Assembly: GCA_050698875.1 (NCBI GenBank)
Contig: JBOHCP010000001.1
Location: forward strand, 1 to 35,236
Source of the DNA: Streptosporangiaceae bacterium
GTDB taxonomy: Bacteria > Actinomycetota > Actinomycetes > Streptosporangiales > Streptosporangiaceae
Length of the DNA: 35,236 nucleotides
Direction: 5' to 3'
The translations under genes and the position numbers were made by a program. Position 1 is the first letter of the stretch; every line of letters starts with the position of its first letter. Below, piece by piece: positions 10,240 through 18,688 of the stretch. Under the pieces are notes generated by a model, which was not told where the DNA came from, ran no database searches, and worked only from the letters and a program-made list of their open reading frames with translations.

Positions 10240-10769
10240 GCCCACGGCGGGGCGGCGGGACTCGGGCACCACCCCATCGTGCCGAATACCGCCCCGGTGT
10301 TGCTAATGCGGCGGTTGTTGACGCGGCTACGGCGAGCGGAACAGGCGGCCGCCGACCTCAAAGGAACGCGGCGCTCTCGCCCGCCTACGGCGCCGGGCAG
10401 CTATCCGGCGGGCAGGTCCGGCAGCCGCCGTAGTGCTCGCGGCGGCGTCTCACCCGCACCGACCGCGGCTCTGGCGGCCGGAACAGCCGCCCGAGCTCGA
10501 GGCACCTGCGCTCGCCTGAGAGCCGGCTGCGTCCGAGTCAATTCCCGCGGCCGGCAGATGGGTCCTGGATACCGCCTCAGGCAAGCTGAAGCGCGGCTTG
10601 GCCCTCCTGCTCGTCCTGTTGGATCTTCAGGGCGGCCGGATGCGCCATACCTACTGGATCGACAAGACGATGCTCAGCGCGCCGATTCCCGGGGCCAGCC
10701 ATGGAACTGTCCGGCGCGGAGCCTGAGAGTGCGCCGCAGGCGTCCGGGCCACGAATGGCCAGTCCGATT

Positions 10770-10827
10770 GCCGCCGAGGGAGCCAAGGTTGCCGTCGAGG
10801 GAGCCAAGGTTGCCGCCGAGGGCGTTA
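10770..10827. repeat. 21-bp tandem direct repeat, about 2.7 copies
   Basis: gccgccgagggagccaaggtt (10770-10790), gccgtcgagggagccaaggtt (10791-10811), and a partial copy gccgccgagggcgtta (10812-10827). Confidence 0.9.
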
Positions 10828-10983
10828 CCTCCGCCTGCTGCGGCGGCCGCACCAGCCCATCTGGTTGTGTCAACAGGCCCTCCGGTCTGGGCGCCTGCAT
10901 GTGCGGCGCCGAATCTCAGGGCAATGCCATAACAGGCATTCACATGGCAACCGCTGTGAGAATGTGGCACGGAAGAAGAGAAC

Positions 10984-11706
10984 CTACGGCCTGAAGAAGC
11001 AGCTCGCCAGCAGACAGCCGGCCAGCAGGAATGGGCCGAATGGCACGCTGCCGCCACGGAAGGACGCGCGCCCCGACGCGAGCAGCCAGATGCCGTAGGC
11101 GGCCGCCAGTACGAACGCCGCGAACAGCGCCGACAGCAGCACGGTCCAGCCGAACCACGCCGCCAGGGCGCCCGTGCTCAGCCCGAGCTTGGCGTCTCCC
11201 AGACCGGCTGCTCCCGGCCTGGCCAGCGCGAGCAGCGCGAAGAACGCTGCGACGGCGAGCGCTCCGAGGCCGGCTCTGCCGAGAGCCCGCCAGTCTCCGG
11301 AGACCGCCGCCGCGGCGGTCAGGCATGCTGCGGTGCCGGCGAGGCAGCCGCCGGTGAGCGCGTCGGGCAGCCGGCGCTGCCGGACATCGATGATCGCCAT
11401 CGGCACCCCGCAGGTCGCCAGCCAGCAGGCGGCGGCCGCCACCGCGGCGGGGTGCAGCCGCACCGCGATGCCGAATGCGAGCGCGGCCAGGGCGAGCGAC
11501 GTGAAGAAAACAGCAGTCGGCCGAGCCCGGCGCCTCGGCGCGGTGCTTGCGCGGGCGGCCACGGTCCGGTGCGCCGCCGCGGCGTCTGCGGATTCGCTGG
11601 CTCCGTCAGCCGGCCTGGGCGTGCCGAGCGCCACCGCCAGGGTGCTGGCTGGCCAGCCGCAAGCTGCGGCGAGGACAGCGACCCCAACCGGGAACAGCAG
11701 GTGCAT
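10984..11706 (-). CDS. A24-family prepilin peptidase (CpaA/TadV-like)
   Basis: 240 aa, very hydrophobic. It has the two catalytic-Asp contexts IIDVRQRRLPD and GLGDAKL. Confidence 0.8.
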   Translation of the reverse strand: MHLLFPVGVAVLAAACGWPASTLAVALGTPRPADGASESADAAAAHRTVAARASTAPRRRARPTAVFFTSLALAALAFGIAVRLHPAAVAAAACWLATCGVPMAIIDVRQRRLPDALTGGCLAGTAACLTAAAAVSGDWRALGRAGLGALAVAAFFALLALARPGAAGLGDAKLGLSTGALAAWFGWTVLLSALFAAFVLAAAYGIWLLASGRASFRGGSVPFGPFLLAGCLLASCFFRP

Positions 11707-11841
11707 GCGAGCTCCTGTCCGGCGGACACTTCGGGCGATGCAGCCGCGAACGGGGGTGTAGTGCAGGGTGCCGACACCAGTGTCACACCCCTGCGGGTGC
11801 CAGCATGCGAGATCATGGTGCCAAGGTAAGGAGAGCCAGCA

Positions 11842-12189
11842 TTGATTTGGGATGACCTACTCGGGTACTGCCTCACCAAGCCAGGCGCCTGGCAGGACGA
11901 GCCTTGGGACGGCGATGTGGTGACGAAGGTCGGCAGCAAGATCTTCGCGTTCCTCGGGTCGCAGGCGGCCCGCAGCGTCGGACTCAAGTGCGGTGCCAGC
12001 CGCGAGGTCGCCGACGAGTGGCTGGCCCGGTTTCCCGGTGACGCGACGGTGATGCCGTACATCGGCAGGTCTGGCTGGAACAGCCTGCAGATCGGCGGCG
12101 GCATCCCCGACGACGAACTGCTCGAGGTGATCGACGCGTCCTACGACGCGGTCGTCGCCAAGCTGCCAAGGAAGGACCGCCCGACATGA
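11842..12189 (+). CDS. MmcQ/YjbR-family protein
   Basis: 115 aa. TTG start at 11842 with the RBS aaggagag at 11827-11834. LLGYCLTKPGAWQDEPWDGDVVTKVGSKIFAF is typical of the family. Confidence 0.75.
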   Translation: MIWDDLLGYCLTKPGAWQDEPWDGDVVTKVGSKIFAFLGSQAARSVGLKCGASREVADEWLARFPGDATVMPYIGRSGWNSLQIGGGIPDDELLEVIDASYDAVVAKLPRKDRPT

Positions 12190-12707
12190 CCTGGACTGCG
12201 CCCGACGTGCACCGCGCGGAGCCGCCGAACGTCGCTGACGAGCGGACAGCGCTGCAGGGCTGGCTCGACTATCACCGGGCCACGCTGCGGTGGAAGTGCC
12301 AGGGCCTCACCGGCGAGCAGCTGGTCATGCGGCCGGTGCCGTCCTCGACGCTGTCCTTGCTCGGCCTCGTGCGGCACATGGCCGAGGTAGAGCGCGCCTG
12401 GTTCCTGGAGCGGTTCGCTGGCCAGCCCGATCTGGCTGAGCTCTTCTGCACCGACGAGTATCCGGATGGCGACTTCGACCTGGCCGGGGCCGTCGGCGCC
12501 GACGCAGACTTCGCCACGTACGCCGCCGAGTGCGTGGCCGCCGACGACGTGGCTCGCGGCCGGTCGCTGGACGACACGTTCGTGCGCAAGAATGGCGAGA
12601 CCCTGGACCTGCGGTGGATCTACCTGCACATGATCGAGGAATACGCGCGGCACAACGGCCACGCAGACCTGATCCGCGAGCTGATCGACGGCGCGACCGG
12701 CGACTAG
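12186..12707 (+). CDS. DinB-family (DUF664) protein
   Basis: 173 aa with an ATGA overlap to the preceding gene. It contains LVRHMAEVERAW and the C-terminal motif HMIEEYARHNGHADLIRELIDG. Confidence 0.85.
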   Translation: MTWTAPDVHRAEPPNVADERTALQGWLDYHRATLRWKCQGLTGEQLVMRPVPSSTLSLLGLVRHMAEVERAWFLERFAGQPDLAELFCTDEYPDGDFDLAGAVGADADFATYAAECVAADDVARGRSLDDTFVRKNGETLDLRWIYLHMIEEYARHNGHADLIRELIDGATGD

Positions 12708-13807
12708 CGCAGGCCCGCCAGCCGGGCGACGGTCTCGTCGAGCTCGGTCACCAGCGAGCGCATGAGGTCCGCCACGGGCCTGACCTCGTTCATCCGGCCG
12801 ATGATCTGGCCGACTGGCAGCGGGATGACATCCGGGTCCCCGGCGAGCATTAGCCGCTGATGCGCCTCCGCGACCAGCAGGTTCTGCAGCGGCATGGGCA
12901 GCGGATCGGGAGCATCAGGCTCGGACCACGCGGCTGTCCACCGGTTCTTGAGCAGCCGGGCGGGCTTGCCGGTGTAGATCCGCGACCGGACCGTGTCCGA
13001 CGACGTGGCCGCCAGCAGCGCATCCCGCATCGCCGGCAGCGGCGACAGCGCTGCATACTCGGCGGTAACCAGCCACGCCGAGCCCATCCACGCGCCCGCC
13101 GCGCCGAGCGCGAGGGCCGCGGCGACCTGCCTGCCGCTGCCGATCCCGCCGGCCGCCAGCACCGGCACCTGCGGTCCGACGGCGTCCACCACCTCGGGCA
13201 CCAGCACCATGGTCGCGATCTCGCCGGTGTGCCCGCCGGCCTCGTAGCCCTGGGCGACCACGATGTCCACGCCGGCCGCCACGTGCGACCGGGCATGCGC
13301 CGCCTTCCCTGCGAGCGCAGCCACGAGCATGCCGCGGTCGTGCGCGCTGGCGATGACGTCAGCAGGCGGCGAGCCCAGCGCGTTGGCGATCAGGCGGGCA
13401 CGATGCCCGAGCGCCACTTCCACCTGCGTCCTCGCCACCGAGTGCAGCCAGCCGAGCACGCCGTCGGCGCTGCGGGCGCCCGGTGGCAGCGGCGGCACCC
13501 CCAGCTTCGCCAGCGTCTGCGCCACGAAGTCACGATGGCCGGCCGGGATCAGCTGGTTCAGGTCGATGGCCGCGCCCTCGGTCGGGATCGTGGCCGGCAT
13601 CACGACGTCCACGCCGTACGGCCGGCCGTCGGTGTTGTCGTCCAGCCAGCACAGCACCTTGTCCAGCTCGGTCGCGTCGTTGAACCGCACGCAGCCGAAC
13701 ACGCCCAGCCCGCCAGCCCGGCTGATCGCGGCCGCGACGTGCTCGGACGGCGTGAAGCCGATGATCGGGTGCTCAATGCCCAGCTGGTCGCACAGCGGAG
13801 TGTGCAT
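12704..13807 (-). CDS. nitronate-monooxygenase-family flavin oxidoreductase, IpdC/Rv3553-like
   Basis: 367 aa with the RBS gaggagg upstream. The segments GRPYGVDVVMP, LVAALAGKAAHARSHVAAGVDIVVAQGYEAGGHTGEIATMVLVPEVVDAV and LAATSSDTVRSRIYTGKPARLL match my recollection of M. tuberculosis Rv3553. Confidence 0.8.
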   Translation of the reverse strand: MHTPLCDQLGIEHPIIGFTPSEHVAAAISRAGGLGVFGCVRFNDATELDKVLCWLDDNTDGRPYGVDVVMPATIPTEGAAIDLNQLIPAGHRDFVAQTLAKLGVPPLPPGARSADGVLGWLHSVARTQVEVALGHRARLIANALGSPPADVIASAHDRGMLVAALAGKAAHARSHVAAGVDIVVAQGYEAGGHTGEIATMVLVPEVVDAVGPQVPVLAAGGIGSGRQVAAALALGAAGAWMGSAWLVTAEYAALSPLPAMRDALLAATSSDTVRSRIYTGKPARLLKNRWTAAWSEPDAPDPLPMPLQNLLVAEAHQRLMLAGDPDVIPLPVGQIIGRMNEVRPVADLMRSLVTELDETVARLAGLR

Positions 13808-13818
13808 GTCGAGCCTCC

Positions 13819-15546
13819 TCAGCCTTCCAGCGCCGCTGTGGTGGCGGGAGCTGTGGCGGCGCCGGACGCCCCGCGGGGGGTTTCGGGGGGTCGTCCCCCA
13901 GGGCCAGCTTCTTGGCGGGAGGTTTCTGGGGGTCGTCCCGCCGGCCCGGCAGCGGCCGCGTGCTCCGCCGCGTAGCGATGCGCCCAGCGGTGGTCGGCCT
14001 TGCCAGCCGGGGTACGGCCGATCTGCTCGACGAGCCAGACCGACCTCGGCACCTTGTAACCGGCGATCTGGGTGCGCAGGCTCTCCTCCAGCTTGGCCAG
14101 GTCGATGTCGTGGCCGGCCCGTGGCTGGACGAGCGCCGCCACCCGCTGCCCGAGTCGTTCGTCAGGGACGCCAATGACGATGGCATCGAAGACATCGGCG
14201 TACGACTTCAGCGCCCCCTCGACCTCCTCCGGGTACACCTTCTCGCCGCCGGTGTTGACACACGTGTTGCCCCGGCCCAGCAAGGTGATCGAGCCGTCTT
14301 CCTCCACCCTGGCGAAGTCGCCGGGCACCGCGTAGCGGACGCCGTCGACCTCGGCGAACAACGCCGCGGTCTTGATCGGGTCCTTGTAGTAGCCAAGCGG
14401 GATGTGACCGCCGCGGGCAATACGGCCGATCTCGCCGGGGCCGACCGGCCGGTTGTGCTCGTCGATCACGATGGTCCACGGTCCGGCTGTCACCGTGGGG
14501 CCCTCGGCCTTCCTGGTGTCGGCGGACACGAAGCCGAGACCGGTGAAGCCGGTCTCCGACGAGCCGATCGCGTCGGTGATGACGACGTTCGGCAGCAGCG
14601 TGAGGTACTGGTCCTTGACGGTGGCCGAGAAGATCGAGCCGTTGCTGGACACGGCGATTACCGACGACGAGTCGTAACGTGCCTGCTCGTAGGCCTCGAT
14701 CAGCGGCCTTGCCATCGCGTCGCCGACCATCACGATCGTGTTGACCTTGTGCCGCTCGACGGCCCGCCAGACCTCGTGCGGGTCGAACTGCGGCATGAGT
14801 ACCACGAAGTCCCCGGCGAACAGGGCAGGCAGCGTGCTCCACTGCGCGCTGCCGTGGATCAGCGGCGCGGTGGCCAGCCGGACCAGGCCTGCGGGCCCGG
14901 CGGTACCGCGGCGAATCTGTGCCCACTCGTCAGGTAGCCGCTCGCCGGTGGTGAAGTCGATGCCACCGCCGAGCGTGCGCCACACGTCCTCGTGGCGCCA
15001 CAGCACGCCCTTCGGGTATCCGGTGGTGCCACCCGTGTACAGCAGGTAGATGTCCTCGGAGCTGCGCTCGGGGAAGTCACGGTCGGCAGACTCGCCAGCG
15101 ATTGCCGTCGCGAAATCGATGGCGCCTGCGGGCAGCTCCGTGCCGCTGCCGTCATCGATCGCCAGGGCGGCCCCGAGGTCGGGAAAGTCTGGCAGCAGCG
15201 CCGCGACCTTGTTGCCGTACCGCCGGTCGAAGACCAGGGCCTTGAGCTCGGCCTCGCCGAACAGGTAGCGCAGCTCGGTCTCGACGTACCGGTAGTTGAC
15301 GTTCACCGGGATGGCGCGGAGCTTGTAGCACGCGAGGAAGGCCTCGACGAGCTCGATCGAGTTCCGGCCGTAGACGCCGACGTGGTCGCCGGTGCCGACG
15401 CCGGCCGCGGCCAGGCAGTGCGCCAGCTTGTTGCTGTGCGCTTCGAGCTCGCGATAGCGGACCTCCGCGTCACCGCACGCGATTGCGAGGCGCTCGGGTA
15501 CCGCGTCGGCTGCATGCTCGAAGAGGTCAGCGATGTTCAGCGCCAT
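13819..15546 (-). CDS. fadD19: steroid side-chain acyl-CoA synthetase, FadD19-like, with an unusual low-complexity C-terminal tail
   Basis: MALNIADLFEHAADAVPERLAIACGD...VNVNYRYVETELRYLF, plus the AMP-binding motif LLYTGGTTGYPKGV. It is divergent from echA19, as in mycobacteria. I chose the ATG at 15546 (track start 15582 is further upstream). The last ~55 codons are Pro/Gly/Ala-rich and carry a 42-nt tandem repeat. Confidence 0.85.
   Translation of the reverse strand: MALNIADLFEHAADAVPERLAIACGDAEVRYRELEAHSNKLAHCLAAAGVGTGDHVGVYGRNSIELVEAFLACYKLRAIPVNVNYRYVETELRYLFGEAELKALVFDRRYGNKVAALLPDFPDLGAALAIDDGSGTELPAGAIDFATAIAGESADRDFPERSSEDIYLLYTGGTTGYPKGVLWRHEDVWRTLGGGIDFTTGERLPDEWAQIRRGTAGPAGLVRLATAPLIHGSAQWSTLPALFAGDFVVLMPQFDPHEVWRAVERHKVNTIVMVGDAMARPLIEAYEQARYDSSSVIAVSSNGSIFSATVKDQYLTLLPNVVITDAIGSSETGFTGLGFVSADTRKAEGPTVTAGPWTIVIDEHNRPVGPGEIGRIARGGHIPLGYYKDPIKTAALFAEVDGVRYAVPGDFARVEEDGSITLLGRGNTCVNTGGEKVYPEEVEGALKSYADVFDAIVIGVPDERLGQRVAALVQPRAGHDIDLAKLEESLRTQIAGYKVPRSVWLVEQIGRTPAGKADHRWAHRYAAEHAAAAGPAGRPPETSRQEAGPGGRPPETPRGASGAATAPATTAALEG
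13873..13907. repeat. copy A of a ~35-nt G-run/C-run element (gcggggggtttcGGGGGGtcgtCCCCCagggccag)
   Basis: By hand alignment it is 29/35 identical to copy B (42 nt downstream) and 29/35 identical to the copy at 21612-21646. Confidence 0.8.
13915..13949. repeat. copy B of the ~35-nt G-run/C-run element
   Basis: gcgggaggtttctgggggtcgtcccgccggcccgg, at an in-frame 42-nt offset from copy A. Confidence 0.75.
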
Positions 15547-15557
15547 GGGTATGAAAC

Positions 15558-15571
15558 TAGAACGTGTTATC
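15558..15571. promoter_or_regulatory. KstR-type operator in the fadD19/echA19 divergent region
   Basis: tagaacgtgttatc matches TnnAACnnGTTnnA except at the last base. It lies 12 nt from the fadD19 ATG. Confidence 0.75.
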
Positions 15572-15626
15572 GTTCGGCACAACCTGTGCGTACCGAATTC
15601 GCGGCGCGCCGCCCGGCGGCGAGGAG

Positions 15627-16445
15627 GTGGTTACGACCGCTCACCAGGCCGACTCCGACGAGCCACCGCACGCCCTGGTCGAGCTGCGCGGGCACGTCCT
15701 GGTCGTCACGATGAACCGCCCGCAGGCGCGCAACGCGCTCAGCGGCCCGATGCTGGCGATCATGAAGGAGGCGTGGGACCGCGTCGACAGCGACCCGCAG
15801 GTCCGGGTGTGCATCCTGACCGGGGCGGGCGGCGCGTTCTGCGCCGGGGCCGACCTCAAGGCGATGACCACCGCTCACCCCGGCGACTCATTCGCCAGTG
15901 GCGCCTTCGACCCCTCGGTGATCGAGCCGCTGCTCAAGGGGAGGCGGCTTACTAAGCCGCTGATCGCCGCTGTCGAGGGCCCGGCGATCGCGGGCGGCAC
16001 CGAGATCCTGCAAGCCACCGACATCCGGGTGGCCGGACGCAGCGCCCGGTTCGGCATCTCCGAGGCCCGCTGGGGCTTGTTCCCGCTCGGCGGGTCCGCT
16101 GTCCGCCTGGTCCGGCAGATCCCCTACACCGTCGCTGCTGACCTGCTGCTCACGGGCCGCCACATCACGGCGGCGGAAGCGCTGGCGGTGGGGTTGATCG
16201 GACACGTTGTGGAGGACGGCCAGGCGCTGGCGAGGGGGCTGGAGATCGCCGACATGATCGCCGCGAACGGCCCGCTCGCGGTGCAGGCGATCCTGCGCAT
16301 CATCCGGGAGTCCGAGGGCCTGGCCGAGAACGACGCGTTCGCCCTCGAGGCCAGGCTCGGCATCTTGGTGTTCGCCAGCGCGGACGCCAAGGAGGGTCCG
16401 CGCGCCTTCGCGGAAAAGCGCAAACCGAACTTTTCCGGCCGCTGA
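15627..16445 (+). CDS. echA19: enoyl-CoA hydratase, EchA19-like
   Basis: [65 protein letters not shown] and [15 protein letters not shown] closely follow my recollection of Rv3516. The start is uncertain: I used the GTG at 15627, because the track start at 15564 lies inside the operator. Confidence 0.85.
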   Translation: MVTTAHQADSDEPPHALVELRGHVLVVTMNRPQARNALSGPMLAIMKEAWDRVDSDPQVRVCILTGAGGAFCAGADLKAMTTAHPGDSFASGAFDPSVIEPLLKGRRLTKPLIAAVEGPAIAGGTEILQATDIRVAGRSARFGISEARWGLFPLGGSAVRLVRQIPYTVAADLLLTGRHITAAEALAVGLIGHVVEDGQALARGLEIADMIAANGPLAVQAILRIIRESEGLAENDAFALEARLGILVFASADAKEGPRAFAEKRKPNFSGR

Positions 16446-16565
16446 CCGTACTCCGCCGCCCGTGGATGCCCGTTAGGTGCAGTAATAGCAGCACCAGACC
16501 GGCATTCATGCAAGCCCCGACGGCGCCGACCCGTCCGTCGCCCGTCCGCGACTGGCGCCCAAAGC

Positions 16566-16579
16566 TAGAACGTGTTTCA
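16566..16579. promoter_or_regulatory. KstR-type operator upstream of the DUF35-ltp4-ltp3 genes
   Basis: tagaacgtgtttca fits TnnAACnnGTTnnA fully. It lies 10 nt upstream of the candidate GTG start. Confidence 0.75.
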
Positions 16580-16588
16580 CTTTCATCC

Positions 16589-17614
16589 GTGACTGTGCCC
16601 GCTGACTCGCTTCGCGAGGGGCCTGCAGCGGCGCCCCTCAGCGCGCCGCTGGAGATCAGCTTCGACTACACCCGGTCGCTCGGCCCGGTCCTCAGCCGGT
16701 TCATGATCGCGCTGGCGCAGCGTCGCATCCTCGGCTCTCGCGGCACCGACGGCCGGGTGCACGTGCCGCCCGCGGAATACGACCCGGTCACCTTCGCGCC
16801 GCCGGGCGAACTGGTCGAGGTCGGCCCGGCCGGGACGGTGCAGACCTGGTCGTGGCAGCCGGCACCGCGTGCGGGCCAGCCGCTGCCGCGGCCGTTCGCC
16901 TGGGCCCTCATCCGGCTGGACGGGGCGGACACCGCCCTGCTGCACGCCGTGGACGCGGGCAGCCCGGCGGCCATGCATACCGGAATGCGAGTGCGGCCGC
17001 GGTGGGCCGCCGAGCCGGCCGGGAGCATCACCGACATCGTCTGCTTCGAGCCGGCGAGCGACGACGGCCCGGCCGCGCGGACGGCCACGGCGGCAGACGA
17101 GCCCGTTCCCCTCCTGGCGGGCGATGACGCCGATGCCGTGCGCATGATCACTACTCCGATCCGGCTGCGCTATCGGCACAGCGCGTCCACGGAGGAGAGC
17201 CGGTACCTGCGCGCGCTCGCCGAGGGCAGGATCATCGGCCAGCGCTGCGCGACGTGCGGCAAGGTGTACGTGCCGCCGCGCGGCGCGTGCCCGACCTGCG
17301 GAGTGCCGACCACGACCGACGTTGCGCTGCCCGACACCGGCACGGTGACGACGTTCTGCGTGGTGAACGTGCCGTTCCAGGGCCAGCGGGTGCCGGTCCC
17401 TTACGTGGCCGCGTCCGTGCTGCTGGACGGTGCGGATATCCCGTTCCAGCACCTGGTCCTCGGCTGCGCGCCTGCCGACGTCCGGATGGGCATGCGAGTA
17501 CGCGCGGTGTGGCAGCCACGGGACCAGTGGGGGACGACCGCGGAGAACATCGGCCACTTCGAGCCGACCGGCGAGCCCGACGCGCCGTACGAGTCCTACG
17601 CACACCACCTGTGA
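16589..17614 (+). CDS. tandem DUF35/OB-fold protein (Rv3521-like), probable partner of Ltp3/Ltp4
   Basis: The C-terminal half has the Zn-ribbon CATCGKVYVPPRGACPTCG plus an OB-fold-like segment (GTVTTFCVVNVP...MRVRAVW). The N-terminal half has the same layout (GTVQTWSWQ...MRVRPRW) but no cysteines. The start is uncertain (GTG at 16589 or 16595; the track start 16466 is upstream of the operator). Confidence 0.75.
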   Translation: MTVPADSLREGPAAAPLSAPLEISFDYTRSLGPVLSRFMIALAQRRILGSRGTDGRVHVPPAEYDPVTFAPPGELVEVGPAGTVQTWSWQPAPRAGQPLPRPFAWALIRLDGADTALLHAVDAGSPAAMHTGMRVRPRWAAEPAGSITDIVCFEPASDDGPAARTATAADEPVPLLAGDDADAVRMITTPIRLRYRHSASTEESRYLRALAEGRIIGQRCATCGKVYVPPRGACPTCGVPTTTDVALPDTGTVTTFCVVNVPFQGQRVPVPYVAASVLLDGADIPFQHLVLGCAPADVRMGMRVRAVWQPRDQWGTTAENIGHFEPTGEPDAPYESYAHHL

Positions 17615-17626
17615 GGCGACCGCCCG

Positions 17627-18688
17627 ATGCGTGACGTCGCAGTTGTCGCATTCGCCGAGGCGCCGAACGTGCGCCGCACTGACGGCACCACGAACGGCGT
17701 GGAGATGCTGGTGCCGATCTTCGCCGAGGTGTTCGGCCAGACGGGGCTCACCAAGGCCGACATCGGGTTCTGGTGCTCGGGCTCGTCGGACTACCTCGCC
17801 GGCCGGGCGTTCTCGTTTGTTTCCGCGGTCGATGCGATCGGCGCGTTCCCGCCGGTGATGGAGTCGCACGTGGAGATGGACGGCGCGTGGGCGCTGTATG
17901 AGGCGTGGGTCAAGGTGCTCACCGGTGAGGCGGACATCGCGCTCGCCTACGGCTTCGGCAAGTCGTCCGCCGGGGACCTGCGGCGCGTGCTCGCGCTGCA
18001 GCTTGACCCGTATGTGGTGGCGCCGCTGTGGCCGGACTCCATCAGCATCGCCGCGCTGCAGGCACGTCTCGGCCTGGAAGACAACCTATGGACGGAACGC
18101 GGCATGGCCGAGGTCGCGGCCGAGCGCCGGGCCGCCGCGCTCTCGAACTCCAGGGCTCAGCTGTCCGGCGTGGTGGCGGTCGACGATCTCCTCGCCGAGC
18201 CGTACGTGGCCGATCCGCTCCGCGTCCACGACTGCGCGCCCGTCACCGACGGCGCAGCGGTTGTCGTGATCGCAGCCGGGGACCGGGCGCGGTCGCTGTG
18301 CGAGCGGCCGGCCTGGATCACCGGGTTCGAGCACCGGATCGACTCGGGCTCGCTGGGGGCGCGGGATCTCACGACCGCTCCATCCGCGGCCGGGGCCGGG
18401 GCGGCAGCCCTGGCCGGCGACGCAGCCGGGATCGAGGTGGCCGAACTGCACGCGCCCTTCACGCATCAGGAGCTGATCCTGCGGGCGGCTCTCGGGCTGC
18501 CTGACGCGGCGCGGATCAGCCCGTCCGGCGGCGCGCTCGCTGGCAATCCGATGTTCGCGGCCGGGCTGGCCCGGATCGGGCACGCCGCCCGGTCGATCTT
18601 CTCGAGCGCCGCTGGGCGCGCCCTCGGGCACGCGACCAGCGGCCCGGCGCTGCAGCAGAACCTCGTCTGCGTGCTGGCGGCGCGATGA
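17627..18688 (+). CDS. ltp4: SCP-x/thiolase-like lipid-transfer protein, Ltp4-like
   Basis: 353 aa with a thiolase-like fold. The order DUF35-ltp4-ltp3 and the protein sizes match Rv3521-Rv3522-Rv3523. There is an ATGA overlap with the next gene. Confidence 0.8.
   Translation: MRDVAVVAFAEAPNVRRTDGTTNGVEMLVPIFAEVFGQTGLTKADIGFWCSGSSDYLAGRAFSFVSAVDAIGAFPPVMESHVEMDGAWALYEAWVKVLTGEADIALAYGFGKSSAGDLRRVLALQLDPYVVAPLWPDSISIAALQARLGLEDNLWTERGMAEVAAERRAAALSNSRAQLSGVVAVDDLLAEPYVADPLRVHDCAPVTDGAAVVVIAAGDRARSLCERPAWITGFEHRIDSGSLGARDLTTAPSAAGAGAAALAGDAAGIEVAELHAPFTHQELILRAALGLPDAARISPSGGALAGNPMFAAGLARIGHAARSIFSSAAGRALGHATSGPALQQNLVCVLAAR

Noticed and set aside
10520-10730. The start-less + frame (..RMRHTYWIDKTMLS..), considered as an IS/transposase remnant
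   Set aside because: The resemblance to IS5-type C-termini is vague. I found no DDE motif and no terminal inverted repeats, so I cannot support a mobile-element call.
10770-10827. The tandem repeat, considered as a CRISPR-like or minisatellite array
   Set aside because: There are only ~2.7 directly abutting 21-bp units and no spacers, so it is not a CRISPR array. It is kept only as a simple tandem repeat.
12860-14937. Shadow ORFs 12860..13975 (+) and 13912..14937 (+), antisense to the ipdC-like and fadD19 genes
   Set aside because: Same reasoning: Arg/Pro/Gly-rich sequences opposing strongly supported genes.
17528-17539. A 12-mer, tgggggacgacc, matching the core of the G/C-run element in inverted orientation
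   Set aside because: The flanks do not align with the 35-nt element. A single 12-mer match in GC-rich coding DNA is plausibly chance, so it is mentioned only as a possible trace.
16583-17869. 428-aa ORF, antisense to the DUF35/ltp4 genes. The 440-aa antisense ORF 18466..19788 is a similar case.
   Set aside because: Both are Arg/His/Gly/Pro-rich, lack motifs, and oppose well-supported steroid genes.
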